Positions 1-13,934 of a DNA stretch of 64,000 nucleotides are shown piece by piece. The position numbers and the translations under genes are program-made. Position 1 is the stretch's first letter. Every line of letters begins with the position of its first letter. The stretch is from Heterodontus francisci (lineage: Eukaryota): contig NC_090418.1 of NCBI RefSeq assembly GCF_036365525.1, forward strand, positions 15,128,248-15,192,247, in the 5' to 3' direction. The notes under the pieces are model-generated. The model had not been told where the DNA came from. It did not search any database and saw only the letters and a list, made by a program, of their open reading frames with translations.

Positions 1-564
1 GGCTGTAACAAGCATTAACACTTATTTGAACGATGAGCACAGCAATACAAATAATTTCTGGACAAAGAAAAGGCTTTTCTTCTTTACTCAGGGAATTAAC
101 TGGGCTTGTAGCACCTTGAAGAATTTTTCTGAGAGAGAATAAAACAGCTCTTCAGTTCGCCTGGCTGAAAAGTCTGTTTCAAAACTAACTGATCTCAGCT
201 GGTTTTTGACAGCTCTACACACAGTCAAAATGGAAACATTACCATGTGACATCTTTTCTCTCCTGCTGTTGCCCAGGGTAAAAAAAAATGCAGCTGTGGT
301 ACACTGTGTCTCCAGAATTCCACAATCTTCTCTCCCTTAAAGGTACATTGTTTTTAACAGAGTCATAAAGGCACACACTGTTTTTAATCCAAGGAGAAAA
401 ATAATTCCAGGTCTGTGGTGATCTATCGCTTTCCTATTTATGCCACAAGTTCTTTGAAAAAAGATGTGATATTGCCAACTTTTCAGTCTCGTGCCATGAG
501 TTCAACATGAAAGAAATTTGAAATATTGAAGTCAGCATCTCCTCGACAGTGGTGCTTTATCCAG

Positions 565-900
565 TGGCACGTGGTTAGCACTGCAGCCTCACAGCTCCAG
601 TGACCCGGGTTCAATTCTGGGTACTGCCTGTGTGGAGTTTGCAAGTTCTCCCTGTGTCTGCGTGGGTTTCCTCCGGGTGCTCCGGTTTCCTCCCACAGCC
701 CAAAAGACTTGCAGGTTGATAAGTAAATTGGCCATTATAAATTGCCCCTAGTACAGGTAGGTGGTAGGGAAATATAGGGACAGGTGGGGATGTGGTAGGA
801 ATGTAGGATTAGTATAAATGGGTGGTTAATGGTCGGCACACACACTGTGGGCCGCAGGGCCTGTTTCAGTGCTGTATCTGTAAATCTAAAATCTAAAAAA
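565..900 (+). mobile_element. tRNA-derived SINE (HE1/V-SINE-like)
   Basis: A/B-box-like head (GTGGTTAGCACTG...GGTTCAATTC), central CTCCGGTTTCCTCCCAC domain, and CR1-type tail GGGCCTGTTTCAGTGCTGTATC ending in a short tandem repeat; near-identical to copies at 3575, 38005 and 43410. Confidence 0.9.
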
Positions 901-1324
901 ATCACTCTGTAAATCTCACATACGCTAAGTATACCCACCCCGTTATCCCAAAGATAATTCTACAGTCATTAAAAGGTAACAAATGAAATACCTTTGTGCG
1001 AGCAAGTAGATAAAGTGAGCACCAGGTGATTTAATGTCAGCGTTGGGCAGGCTCATGAAATGCAGAACTCCATGTAAATGTTAATGAGCTTTTTTTTTGA
1101 AGAAGTGACTGGTTGTACAGATAAAAATGAAACAGTAGCTGAAGCCTGTGTGGAATTTCAGAAGGTGTTAGCTATAGGGTCTCACAGTAGGTTGGCGGGC
1201 CAAAAAAAACTAACAATCTTCTATTCATATAAGATAGGTTCACAAATAAGAAACAAAGTGGATAAACTGGCGTTCCTTTTATTGGAGAAGGATTGGATGA
1301 TTGGATGAAGGAGATGATTTTCAG

Positions 1325-2525
1325 AAGTCTTTTGATAAAGTCCCCCACAGGAGATTGGTTAGCAAAATTATAGCACATGGGATAGGAGGTAATATACTGG
1401 CATGGATTAATGATTGGTTAACAGGCAGAAAGCAGAGAGCAGGAATAAACGGGTCATTCTCACGTTGACAGGCTGTGACTCATGGGGTACCGCAGGGATC
1501 AGTGCTTGGGCCCCAGCTGTTCACATCATATATCAATGGTTTGGATGTGGGGACCAAATGTAGCATTTCCAAGTTTGCAGATGACACAAAACTAGGTGGG
1601 AATGTGTGTTGTGAGGAAGAAGCAAAGCGGTTTCAAGGGGATTTGGGCAGACTTAGTGAGTGGCAAGAACGTGGCAGATGGAATATAATGTGGAAAAATA
1701 TGAGGTTATCCACTTTGATAGGAGGAATAGATGTGCAGAATATTTCTTAAATGGTAAGAGATTAGAAAATGCAGCTGTACAAAGGGACCTGGGCGTCCTT
1801 GTCAGTAAGTCGGCGCAACATCGAGGGCCGAAGGGCCTGTACTGCGCTGTAATGTTCTATGAAAGCTAATGTGCAGGTGCAGCAAGCAATGAGGAAGACT
1901 AATGGTATGTTAGCCTTTATCGCAAGAGGATTTGAGTACAGGAGTATTGAAGTCTTGTTTCAATTGTGTAGAACCTTGGAGTACTGAGTGCAGTTTTGGT
2001 CCCCTTACCTTAGGAAGGATATTATTGCCATAGAGAGAGTGCAACGAAGGTTCACCAGATTTGTTCTTTGGATGGCGGGACTGTCCTATGAAGATAATTT
2101 GGGGAAACTGGGCCTGTATTCTCTAGAGTTTCGAAGAATGAGAGGTGATCCCATTGAAACCTACAAAATACTTAAAGGGATAGACAGGGTAGATGCAGCT
2201 CAGATGTTTCCCCTGGTTGGGGAGCCTAGAACCAGGGGACACAATTTCAAAATAAGGGGGAAGCCACTTAGGAACGAGATGAGAAGAAATTTCTTTACTC
2301 AGAGCGTTGTGAATCTTTGGAATTCTCTACCCAGAGGGCCGTGGAAGTTCGGGCATTGAGTATGTTTAAAGCAGAGATTGATAGATTTCTAAATACAAAT
2401 GACATAAGGGGATATGGGGATAGTGTGGGAAAAAGGCATTGAAGTGGATGATCAGCCATGATCATATTGAATGGCGGGGCAGGTTCGTTGGGCTGAATGG
2501 CCTACCCATGCTCCTATGTTCCTAT
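1325..2525 (+). mobile_element. CR1-like LINE, 3' part of ORF2 (RT), decayed
   Basis: ORF fragments with PQGSVLGP, KFADDTK and QFWSPY; 3' tail GGGCTGAATGGCCTAC...CTATGTT; a ~50-bp LINE tail is nested at ~1810-1860. Confidence 0.9.
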
Positions 2526-3199
2526 GGATGTGATGTAGCCCAGCTAAATGCTAATAATAAACGAGTGGCTTCTCCAAACGGCTTGTGATCTGCACTGCCA
2601 CCTGGATAGTGAAGGTAAAACAAAATGTACCTTCACTGCTGCTAGTTTAACAGCATGCACTGAACCTCAGAAATTACTTGCTGGTGACAAGTATTTGAAA
2701 AGATTTGATGTGGAAGCTGCTAAATCAATTCCAGCCCTGATAATTTTTATTATTTAACCAATCTACCGTGTTCCCTTTATAGGTCACTCATGCCACTATA
2801 ACTATGAGTGTGGCAAGGGTTACTGCTGCTACTATGGACACTGTGCGCCATATAGATACTACTAGCGCTACTGAACGGCGTCCTTCCAGTAAGTTGACCC
2901 TTTAATACTTCCTATTGGTAGAGACTATTTTTTTTAAATACTCATCAGGCCAGTTCCAGCCAACAGTGAGTTGATGGAATGGAAAATGGATCATGTTTAA
3001 CGGTGCAAGAATAGCATTAGATATAGTTGAAAGAGCGCTGGAATATTCGTAAACTGAATACTGAACGTGTTTATTCATTGAGGAGCAGAATTCATGGGTA
3101 AAAAATTACTACAAGGTTAAATATATCATGGAAACAAGATAACACACGTGAAGGGAATTGATGATCAAACCATATAGTGCTCTGGTCATTCCAGGGCTA

Positions 3200-3562
3200 G
3201 GGTAGTGTACTGGTTAAACCACAAGGTTAATAATCCAGAAAGTTTCACAAATAATCCAGAAACGTACTTTCAAACTCCAGCATGGAACTTCGAGAATTTG
3301 AATTCACATTGAATGAGATCTGTAAATAAAGAACTAGCATCAGTAACACTTTGAAGCTGATGGATTGTCGGACGCTCCAATTGGTTTACGAACTTCCTTT
3401 CCGGAAGAAACGTCTTTATTGGTCTGGCCAAAATGTCACTCCCGCCCAGTACAAACGCGGTTGACTCTTAACTTCCGCCTGAAGTGGCTGACGATCAAAT
3501 TGCGCTGGATATGAGATGTCAACATTTCCAGCGGCGCCCCGTTGCGAGAATGAATAAAACAA
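3200..3562 (+). mobile_element. Old SINE-like, internally deleted derivative of the tRNA-headed LINE
   Basis: Diverged match to the 5' head of the 44362-46630 LINE (GGTTGACTCTTAA...GAAGTGGC) joined directly to its 3' tail (CCAGCGGCGCCC...GAATGAATAAAA). Confidence 0.55.
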
Positions 3563-3574
3563 GCGCCATAAACT

Positions 3575-3887
3575 GGGGCGGCACAGTGGCGCAGTGGCTA
3601 GCACTGCAGCCTCACAGCTCCAGCGACCCGGGTTCAATTCTGGGTACTGCCTGTGTGGAGTTTGCGTGGGTTTCCTCCCACAAGCCAAAAGACTTGCAGG
3701 TTGGTAGGTAAATTGGCCATTATAAATTGCCCCTAGTATAGGTAAGTGGTAGGGAAATATAGGGATAGGTGGGGATGTGGTAAGAATATGGGATTAGTGT
3801 AGGATTAGTATAAATGGGTGGTTGATGGGCGGCACAGACTCGGTGGGCCGAAGGGCCTGTTTCAGTGCTGTATCTCTAAACTAAAAT
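3575..3887 (+). mobile_element. tRNA-derived SINE (HE1/V-SINE-like)
   Basis: Starts GGGCGGCACAGTGGCGCAGTGG; same body and tail as the copy at 565-900. Confidence 0.9.
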
Positions 3888-4531
3888 GTATCCAGTTCAG
3901 CCGAATAAAATAGAAGGGAGGCATTAGGTAGTCATGGACCGATGGTCGGTGTAAATTTTCATATGCATTATTTTGCCCGTAATGTAGCAGAACGGATCCC
4001 TTGTCCTTATATCGTCCATCTCAATCCAATGGGGTGAAAATAGAATGGTTGATAAGCGGGTGATCCAGTTCACCAGATTAACGTCCATCTGCAGCAGATG
4101 AAAATTTGGCGCAGATGAGTTTTAGGTTTTGAAAGATGTAATCTAAAATTGTTGGATATGAGAAAGGTAGCTCCAGTAAACTGCTTCAAAGTAGTCGAGA
4201 AATCACGAGGTAGATTTTCAACTTACTGCCCAAGGAAAGTGAACATCAACGTTAGTTTTACATGCAGACGGCAAGTAGAAAAAAAAAATCTCCACCAATG
4301 AGAAATGTTAATAGTGGAAAGAGTTATAGCTTTAAAAACTGTTGCTGGTAAATGTGATATCACAGCACGTTGGCGTGGTGCAACATTGAGGTCTTTCATA
4401 ATGGCATGGATAGAAGATTGTCTAGCGAACAGGAAACAGAGAGTAGGCATAAATGGGTCATTTTCTATTTGGCAAGATGTAACGAGTTGTGTGCCACAAG
4501 GATTATTGCTGGCGACTCAACATTTTATCGA

Positions 4532-5825
4532 AACATAGAAAACAGGAGCAGGAGTAGGCCATTCGGCCCTTTGAACTTGCTCCGCCATTCATTATGATCA
4601 TGGCTGATCACCCAACTCAGAAACCTGTTCCCGTTTTCTCCCCATATCCTTTGATCCCTTTAGCCCCAAGAGCTATATCTAACTCCTTCTTAAAAACAGA
4701 CAATGTTTTGGCCTCAGCTGCTTTCTGTGGTAGCAAATTCCACAGGCTCACCACTCTCTGGATGAAGTAATTTCTCCTCATCTCAGTCCTGAAAGGTTTA
4801 CCTCGTATCCTTAGACTATGACCCCTGGTTCTGCACTCCCCCACCATCGGGAACATCCTTCCTGCATCTACGCTGTCAAGTTCTGATAGAATTTTATAGA
4901 TTTCTATGAGATCTCCCCCTCACTCTTCTGAACTCCAGCAAATATAATCCTAACCGACTCAATCTCTCCTCATACGTCAGACCCGCCATCCCAGGAATCA
5001 GTCTGGTAAACCTGCACTCCCTCTATAGCAAGAACATCCTTCCTCAGATAAGGAGACCAAAACTGCGCACAATATTCCAGGTGGGGCCTCACCGAGGCCC
5101 TGTCTAATTGCAGCAAGAGATCCCTGCTCCTGTGCTCGAATGCTCTCGCTATGAAGGCCAACATACCATTTGCCTTTTTTACCGCCTGCTGCACCTGCAT
5201 GCTTACCTTCAGTGACTGGTGTACGAGAACACCCAGGTCTCATTGCATATTCCCCTCTCTCAGTTGATAGCCGTTCAGATAATAATCTGCCTTCCTATTT
5301 TTGCTACCAAAGTGGATAACCTCACATTTATCCACATTATACTGCTTCTGCCATGCATTTGCCCACTCACTTAACTTGTCCAAATCACCCTGAAGCCTCT
5401 CTCCATCCTCCTCACAACTCACCTTCCCACCCAGTTTTGTGTCATCTGCAAATTTGGAGATTTTGCATTTCGTTCCCTCATCTAAATCATTAATATATTT
5501 TGTGAATAGATGGGGTCCTAGCACCGATCCCTGCAGTACCCCAGTAATCACTGCCTGCCATTTGGAAAAAGACCCGTTTATTCCTACTCTTTGTTTCCTG
5601 TCTGCCAACCAATTTTCTATCGATTGCAATACACTACCCCCAATCCCATGTGCTTTAATTTTACACGCTAATCTCTAATGTGGGACTTTGCTGAAAGCCT
5701 TCTTAAAGTCCACTGGCTCCCCATCATCATATAGTTACATCCTTGAAGAATTTTAGTAGATTTGTCAAGCATGATTTCCCTTTTGTAAATCAATGTTGAC
5801 TCTGTCCGATTCTACCACTGCTCTC
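4532..5825 (-). mobile_element. CR1-like LINE 3' part
   Basis: Minus-strand ORFs with LQGSVLGP, KFADDTK and PHLEYC; same subfamily as 51843-52415 and 62600-64000. Confidence 0.9.
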
Positions 5826-5827
5826 CA

Positions 5828-5940
5828 TTATAATTATATAATTATAAATTATATAATTGTATAATATATATAAATATATTATACAATTATACAATATTAT
5901 ACAACATAAAATTATAAATTATATAATTGACATAAATTAA
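5828..5940. repeat. AT-rich low-complexity tract
   Basis: (TATAAT/ATAATT)n-like run. Confidence 0.8.
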
Positions 5941-6885
5941 TTGGATGAAGGGACTGAAGATTCAGTTGCTAAATTTGTTGATGACACAAAGATAGGTATG
6001 AAAATAAGTCGTGAAGAGGACAGTGGAGGATATAAAGGAATAAAGATAGGTTATGTGAGTGAGCAAAGATCTGGCAAATGGAGTATAATGTGGGAAAGTG
6101 TGAAATTGTCCATTTTGGCAGGAAGAATAATAAAAGAAGCATATTATCTAAATGGTGAGAGATTACAGAACTCTGAGATGCAGAGACATCTAATGCGTGA
6201 ATTGCTAAAGGTTAGTGTGCAGGTACAGCATGTAACTGGAAAAACTGATAGATTGTTATCATTTATTGCAAGAGGAATTGAATATAAAAGTAGAAAGGTT
6301 ATGTTTCTGTTATACAGGGCATTAGAGAGACTACATCTGGAGTATTTTATACAGTATTAGTCTCCTTTTTTAAGGAAGGATGTAAATGCATTGGAAGCAG
6401 TTCAGAGAAGGTTAATTAGACTAACACCTGGAACGGACAGAATTCCTTATGTGTAGAGGTTGGACAGGCTAGGCTTATATCTGCTGGAGTTTAGAAGAAT
6501 AAGAGGTGACTTGATTGAAACATATAAGATCCTGAGGGGTATTGACAGGGTGGATGTGGAAAGGATGTTTCCTCTTGTGGGAGAATCTAGAACTAGGGAT
6601 CACCGTTCAAAAATAAGGAATCACCCATTTAAGACAGAGATGAGGAGATTTTTCTTCTCTCAGAGGGTCGTGAGTCTTTCGACCTCTCTTCCTCAAAAGG
6701 CAGTGGAAGAAGAGTCTTTGAATATTTTTAAGGCGGAAATAGATAGATTATTGATAAGGAAGGGGGTGAAAGGTTATCAGGGGTAGGCGGGAATGTGGAG
6801 TTGAGATCAGCCAATGATTTTGTTGAATGTTGGAGCAGTTTCGAGGGACCCAGTGGCTTACTCCTGCTCCAAATTAGTACGTTCG
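5930..6885 (+). mobile_element. CR1-like LINE 3' part, decayed
   Basis: KFVDDTK, HLEY and RGDLIETYKI motifs. Confidence 0.9.
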
Positions 6886-7841
6886 TATGTAATTGATGTT
6901 GCGGAATGTGGAGGAACATCTGCTTTAGCTGGGGCAGCATTTCCTCAAGAATCATTGTGGGATATTTGACAGAGGAGACCGAGATTTGTGCACCTGTATC
7001 CCCAGATTTCTCCATCTGTGCTTCGATCTCTGATATCAATCCCTGAATCTGGGTGACTCAATCCACAGATCCCTTGTTCCTTGTATTCCTTAAGAAAGCT
7101 TATCATTAGCTTATAGTTATGTTTTCGTTCCATACAAAATTAATTTACAATTATTATAGATAATTTGTCACATAGCCGCCTGTTTCGTTGTGAATAAGTT
7201 TAAAATGTTGATGTCTAACAAGAAAGTGCATTTATATTTATTTCCTGATTTTCAGGGGAATTCATGCTTCCTGGTTGGGACCTTCAGAGACGTATTTGTA
7301 ATTTTTGCTTAGAATCTGCTTCAGTGATTGATTCAACCCCAATCAGTAGTTTCTTAAATTGGGTAAACCTCACTATGGATCGGTAGCATCAAGGAGAACA
7401 GATGGTTCTGTGACACCACACCTCAACGAACTAAGCTGTATATTTCTAAACATCACAATGTTCGCATATGGCATCATCGCTTGTGAGAAATTACATCCTG
7501 GTTGCGTGATTGGAGGTCTTTGGGGCATGAATGTTATCTGTCAATAAAATAAAAAGCTGTTTACCTTAAGAAGCAATTTGCTCCCGATGATTGCATCATT
7601 TGGTAAAATATACTTAAACAAAATTGATATCAGCTCTTGCAACCAAAATGAACTAGTTCTTCGAGAGAAACATCGTAGAATGATTTCTAAAAAGAACATG
7701 ATAATAGTGCTAATTGGGTGCATATATTATCTTTGTTTTATTACAACGAGAAACAAACGAAGAAACTGAAATGTAAGATTTAAATCTTAAGCTCTGAACA
7801 GGCTTTTTTTTTTCCTGAAAGGTCAATATGAGACTCCAAGA

Positions 7842-8714
7842 CCTAGAAATTAGTTAGCTGTCGTCTCAGGAGCAAAACGGCGGATATATTTGTGTGAACG
7901 CTCATTATATGCCAGAAATGCGCCGCCTGCCATATTGATACTGAGAGAACAAGCATCAGGAGCTACTGAAACAGCTGTTCGGGCTTTGCATAAGCAGATA
8001 TCAGGGGGAGGGATAAACCGGAAATTAGGCAGCCATTCCTATGGGCTGCTCTGAACGCCACTGGCGCTTGAAACCTTTGGTATGTGTGACGTAAGCAGCT
8101 TCCCTCTTTCGGAACGGTTGGACACTGCCACCAAACCACTAAGCTTTGTTTTTAACGTGTTGACCTCGATGTGGAGCAGGATGAACAGGGGTGCTCCTCC
8201 AAACTCCGGGGAACTTTCTAAGACCGTTGCAGGTTTCTGCGTGGTTCTCTCACGATTGTATCCTGCCAACCCTTACCCTGAGGACTGCGCCTCCCTCCTA
8301 AACGCATCACTCCTCTGATGGTCGACCCTCCCTCCCGATAGCCTCCCTTCTTCTAAACGTCGCCCACCCTTCCAACCCCCTTCCCAAGCCGATTGCTTCC
8401 GTCCCTTTCCTGACCGTTCTCCCTTTGCTGATCGCCTTGCCAGGTCGCTCCTCATCCATCGTGAGCGTTCCACACACTGTCCCAGTCACTCCATCCTTCC
8501 TGATCGCTTCTCGCCTCTCCCAGATTCAACCTGAGGGACACCAATGCATTGGATCTAAATTAACAACGTCCGTTGCGCCACCAGCAGCTCGCTGATCTGG
8601 TAGAGATGGGGCCCAAGGACAATGTCAAGTGATCAATGGGCGTGCCCGTAGCAGGACAGGAATTATCCCTTACATCTAATTCACCTTGGAAGGCCAACAC
8701 AAACCAATTTCTAG
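7842..8714. mobile_element. Putative non-autonomous DNA transposon (TIR element)
   Basis: Terminal inverted repeats CCTAGAAATTAGTT ... AACCAATTTCTAGG enclose a CpG-rich non-coding interior. Confidence 0.55.
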
Positions 8715-9239
8715 GGTGAAGAATCTTATATTTACCAATAACATGCAGCAAAAAACAATTCGATTCGTTGCTCTTAATTTGGAAGATTTACAGACACATT
8801 CTGTGCAACTTGGCAGCTCTTTATCGAGTTCGCCAGCCCTTTACATTCCCTGTCGAAGACTTAGTTCGATCAAAAAACAAACTTTCATTTGTGACCATGA
8901 ACATCATTTAGTTTTTAATGTTGCATGATATTGGGTTGAGTTGGGTTCCAGTGGATGAGGTGGGTTCAGTTCGATTTTGTGTTAGACGCAAGAGTTCAGA
9001 TAAGTGAAACTGCATGGATGGCGTGGAGGACCTCGGTAAGTTTGATTTAAGTTGAACTCTCATGTGTTGGGGTATTTATGTTGAACTACAATTTGCCGCT
9101 GTCTCCATGGTGGGCAAGGTAGTTTTGCTTCGCTTGCAAAATAAAATTATATTTCATGGCAAGAGACTTGTCCGTGTTTTTTTTCCCAGAAACTCTGTAT
9201 AACACATACATAATTTTTAATTTTAATACGTATGTTAGT

Positions 9240-10164
9240 TTCAAAAACAATACAGAATGCTAATTAGTCAATTATAAGGCAAAGAAACCAGCCAAACAGG
9301 TTTTCTTCCGTTTATAGAAGAAAGGTTGAAATGCATTAAACTTAAACGCTAATTCGGTTAACGCCTACAGATACATGACACGCCCAGGCTAGCATGCATA
9401 TGCAATACACACATGGAGATAGAGACAGAAAAGAGCATTAGAAATAAAGTGGAAAAGGTTGATGCAAAGTCTGAAGATGATTTTGGTTACTGTTCTTCCA
9501 GCTCACTGTAGAGTCCTTGATTGGCAGGTAGGTCTTGCTTTTCATTGGGGCCCAGTATTCTTCTTAAACCTTGTTCACTGTAGGAGACTTTTCTCTCTTG
9601 AGGTTCACACGTCCTCAGTGGGTCCAGAGGCTTGTGAGAAAGAGATGGGAGCAAACAGGAGAGGTCTTCTCAGTCCAGAAGCAAACAGTCTTTTTCTCAA
9701 ACTTTCTGTACAATTCAAAACAACTCAGGTTGTCCAGCAGGTTAGTCATATGACTAACTTTGTGGCTTTGTGGATTTGGTCATCTTAGCAGTCATCCTGG
9801 AATGTGAGCTTCCTCACCTTCAATGTCTGGTGATCAAAGTCCATTGTGGGTTGAATGTGTCAGGGAATGGCCCTTCGTCATAGAGTCATAGAGTTATACA
9901 GCACAGAAACAGGCCCTTTGGCCCAATGCGCCTGTGCCAACCATCAAGCACCCATCCAGTCAAATCCCATTTTCCCACACTTGGGCCCGTAGCCTCGTAG
10001 CCTTTGTCTCCACAAGCACTCTTTGCTCGTGTGTAAATGTTTTTTTCCAGCCACAGCTGATCTGTTTAACAAGTCATTTCCTCACTCCAGCAACAGTTTA
10101 AAAGTAATGTTCATATGACAAAATTAATATGCCTCATTCTTGGCAGGTGGGGGCCTGCATGACA
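9240..10164 (-). mobile_element. Possible solo LTR with a small nested LINE tail (~9880-10000)
   Basis: Right end ...GGGCCTGCATGACA reads as a TG start on the minus strand; the interior is non-coding; left boundary uncertain. Confidence 0.4.
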
Positions 10165-10229
10165 ACATATATCTAACTACATTGGGTCTATGACCTTCTG
10201 TTTACGTGAATTAGAAATGCAAATCTGGA

Positions 10230-11420
10230 GCCCCTTGGATCTCAAGGAGCACACAAAGTAGGATGAGGCAAAAAAAGAAAGTTTATATCAGATACTGAAA
10301 TCCCAATGCTGCAGAACGTCAAGAGGAGTACAAAAATACAGGGGTGAAATTCGGAAGAAAACTAGGAAAGCAAAGAGAGGGCACGAAGAAACAGCAAATA
10401 AAATCAAAGCAAAACTGAAAAATGTTTTATAAGCACATAAAAAGGAAAGAGTAGGGTCGATTGGGGACCTAAAGGCAATTGGTGTGTGGAAGTGGAAGAT
10501 GTGGGAATTGTTCTAATTGAATGTACAGATTTTGGTCTCCTTATCTAAGGAAGGATAGATTTGCCATAGAGGGAGTGCAACGGAGGTTCACCAGACTTAT
10601 CCCTGAGATGGCGGGATTATTTTTGAAGAGTGAGAGGTGATCTCATTGAAACTTTAAAAATTCTTAAATGATGTGACAGGGTAGGTGTGGATAGGGTATG
10701 GTGAGTCTAAAACCAGGGGACACAGTCTCAGAATAAGGGGCAGGTCATTTAAGACTGAGATGAGGAGGAATTTCTTTACTGAGATTTTTTGGAATTTTGG
10801 AGGGCTGTGGAAGCTCAATCATTGAGCATGTTCAAGACAGAACTGGATAGATTTCTGGATAGTAATGACATCAAGAGCTATGGGAATATTGGGGGGGGGG
10901 TGTGGAATGGCATAGAGGTAGATGATCAAACATGATCTGTTTGAATGGCGGAGCAGGCTCGACGGGCTGAATGGCCTACTCCTGCTCCTATTTCCTAAGT
11001 TTCTATGTTCCTATGTCTGGTTTCACAAACGAGGGAAACGATAGACTGAGTAATAATAGCCCAGACAGCCTATTTACTAATTAATCAATGGCAGCTTGCA
11101 TGGATTGGTTAAGGAAGTTCATGTCTGACTAACTTGATTGGACTTATAACAATGTAGAAAGGAGAGATGATGAGGGTATTGCATTTGATTTTGTGTACAT
11201 GGATTTTAGCAAAGCTTTGGACAAGGTCAATCATGGCAGACTGGTTAGAAAATTAAAAGCCCAAGGATCAAAGGGAGAGTTGCAAATTGTACCAAAATTG
11301 TTTTGCTGGCAGGAATAAAACTGTAATGGTCGATGGGTAGGAAGGTTGTTTCCAGAAGAGTTCCGCAGGTTTGAGCACTAGGTCCCATTTCGTGGTATAT
11401 ATCAGTGACTTAAGCTTTAT
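10230..11420 (+). mobile_element. Nested, decayed CR1-like LINE fragments
   Basis: Recognisable CR1 ORF2 DNA (GATTTTAGCAAAGC, TTTTGGTCTCCTTATCTAAGG) and a 3' tail near 10960-11010. Confidence 0.8.
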
Positions 11421-11820
11421 CAGGACTGGCAAAGATTAGAAATATAATAGGTTTTGAGCAAGTGGAAGAGGGAAGGGGGGGTGGTGGGTTGGTGCAGTGG
11501 AGAACGTTAGGGAAGGTGTGTGATAGGGCGGAGGGCAGGAGAGATTTTTGGTAGACACCTTATCAAACACCAGGAGAGAAAGGAAAAGCAATGAAGGTGA
11601 AACAAAGAGTTGCTCAATGTGCTGAGATATCCCTTTACTCTAAATGGGAAATTCGTCAAATAAGAAATCGGTTGATCTGACTCCCCAATATCACAACTCA
11701 ACTCCATATTAGAATAAAAACAAGAAATGCTGGAATCACTCAGCAGGTCTGGCAGCATCTGTGGAAAGAGAAGCAGAGTTAACGTTTCGGGTCAGTGACC
11801 CTTCTTTGGAAGGGTCGACA
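11421..11820 (-). mobile_element. Penelope-like terminal-repeat fragments
   Basis: Shares AAATGCTGG...CAGCAGGTCTGGCAGCATCTGTGG...AGAGTTAAC and TTAGAAAT...GGTTTT segments with the end of the GIY-YIG element at 21565. Confidence 0.6.
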
Positions 11821-11924
11821 TTCACCAAAGAGACTCGGCAATGGTTAGGCCTCCCAGAGCCTGCCGCTGAATCTTACACAACCCCCACGCCACCATCCGA
11901 CCCGCTGGGGTGGCGTAAAATTCC

Positions 11925-13370
11925 AGCCGTGGTCTCACCAATGTCCTATATAACTGAAGCATAACATCCTTACATTTATATTGAATTCTTCTCATAATAA
12001 AGGATAGCATTCCATTAGCTTTCTTTATTACTTGCTGTACCTGCATACTAACCTTTTGTACCTTGAAGGACCTATAGTGGGGCCACAGCTTTTCTGTAGA
12101 TTTATATATGACCTGGATGAAGGAATAGAGACCATATATCAAAGTTTGCTGAATACACAAAGTCAAATGGCATAGTACAGTGTAGCTGGGAACAGATATT
12201 GCAAAGGGACATTGATAGATTAGGTGAGTGGGCAAAATTGTGGCAGGTGGATTTCAATGTGGGGGCATGTGAGATCATCCATTTTGGACATATGAAAGAT
12301 AGATGAGAGTATTTTCTTAATGGCCAGAAGCTAGGAACTGTTGATGGGCAGAGAGATTATGGAGCCCAAGTAAATAGATCGGTAAAAGCTAGTGGACAGA
12401 TACAGGTAATAAATAAGAAGCTAGGGAATTTTTTTGCTTTTATCGCAAGACGGGAAAAATACAAAGAATGCAGGTAACATTCCAGCTGTACAGGGTTCTG
12501 ATACCCCGTCTAGATCACAGCATGCACTAGAAACGCAAGATGGATATAACAGGCTTGAAGGGGCCGAGGCACAAATTTACACGAATGATGCCAGGATTTA
12601 AAGTGTTAAATTAGGGCGACAACATGCATAGACGAGGCATGTCTTCCCTTCAACATGTAGGATTAAGCAGTATTCTAAATGAAGTGTGTACGACGATTAA
12701 AAAATTTGATAGGGTGGGTAGAGGTAAAATATTTCCTCTGGTGGAAGTCTACAGAACAAGTGGGCATGACCTTAGATTTCCAATTAGGACATTGTTGGGT
12801 TATGTCAGAAACCATTTCTTCAACTAGAGTGAGACCCGTGATCAAAGTAACAGAATTGCCCATGGCTGCAGTTGCTCTATATGTCAACAGGTTGTCTATG
12901 TATACCAGGCTCGGCAACCGCCGGTGCCTCACCAATTGAAGCAGCGAGTTGAAGAGACGATTGCTGTGATCCAAAATTATCAGTTTCTACTGTTGTTCCT
13001 CCGGAACACCATGTTGGGGCAGCAGATAAGAGCTTTAAAGCAGCGCGTTAGTAATATCTGTATATAAGAGGGAGTGTGAGTGGCTTTCTTAAACCAGAAA
13101 CAATCATAGAATGACACAGAACAGAAACTTTTTGGCACATCGGTCTGTGCCAGAGCTTTGAAAGAACTCTCCAATTAGTCCCACTTCCCATACTCTTTCC
13201 ACATGGCCCTGCACATATTTCACCTTCAAGCATTTATCCATTTCCCTGTTCAATGTTATTGCTGACCCGGCTTCCTCCACCCTTTCAGGCAGTGTATTCC
13301 AGATCATAACAACTCACTTTGTGAAAGCATGTTTTCCTCATGTCACCTCTGCTTCTTTTGCCAATGGTTT
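11925..13370. mobile_element. Several decayed CR1-like fragments in both orientations
   Basis: KKANGML/VRPRLE motifs (minus), RT DNA at 12080-12830 (plus), and a 3' end at 13105-13370 (minus). Confidence 0.75.
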
Positions 13371-13934
13371 TTAATCAGCTCAGTGTGGTGCAGGACGTGA
13401 GGCTGTGATACTCACCCATTAACTGCTGTTTCTTGGAAGCCTAGAAATGAACGCTGTTGGGGATGAATGATTAACACGGGGGTAACCATCCCAGAGCTAT
13501 GCGTTCAGCAGCCGAAAGAATCCATTTTAGATAAATAGGTTGCAGCCTCTGGTAAAATATGCGAGGAATATTACAGACATCTGCTGAAATCTCCTGGGCC
13601 CCTCCTAAACTGAAAAGCTACCCCGTGCTTGGTTTAAATAAGGTGGAATATTAATAAGCAGCCCATCTCAGAGCACAAAGATATAGCAATTTACTTTATT
13701 TTTGTAACAAAAGCTAGATAATCAGGTGCACAGTGTGGTTACAGGGGTCACTCACTATAATGTCAACTAATGTCATACTCCTGCAGCTCCATCAGACACC
13801 AGTAACTGGTTTATAACACTGTACAAGCTGGGAGCATCAATATTGTATAACAGTATAACACTGATTGTATTAACATTGGACAATGGACAGTCAATGCAAT
13901 CTATAGGACTGTCTATATAACATATTGCGATTTT

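Noticed and set aside
1-10. GGCTGTAACA identical to the putative LTR end at 42156-42165, suggesting a paired-LTR element
   Set aside because: Only 10 bp visible, and host genes lie between the two sites
565-640. tRNA genes at SINE or LINE heads
   Set aside because: A/B boxes continue into SINE or LINE bodies; no complete cloverleaf
6890-7110. Coiled-coil-like minus-strand peptide (IQGLISEIEAQMEK) suggesting a TRIM or gag relic
   Set aside because: Too short, bounded by a stop codon, and without supporting exons or motifs
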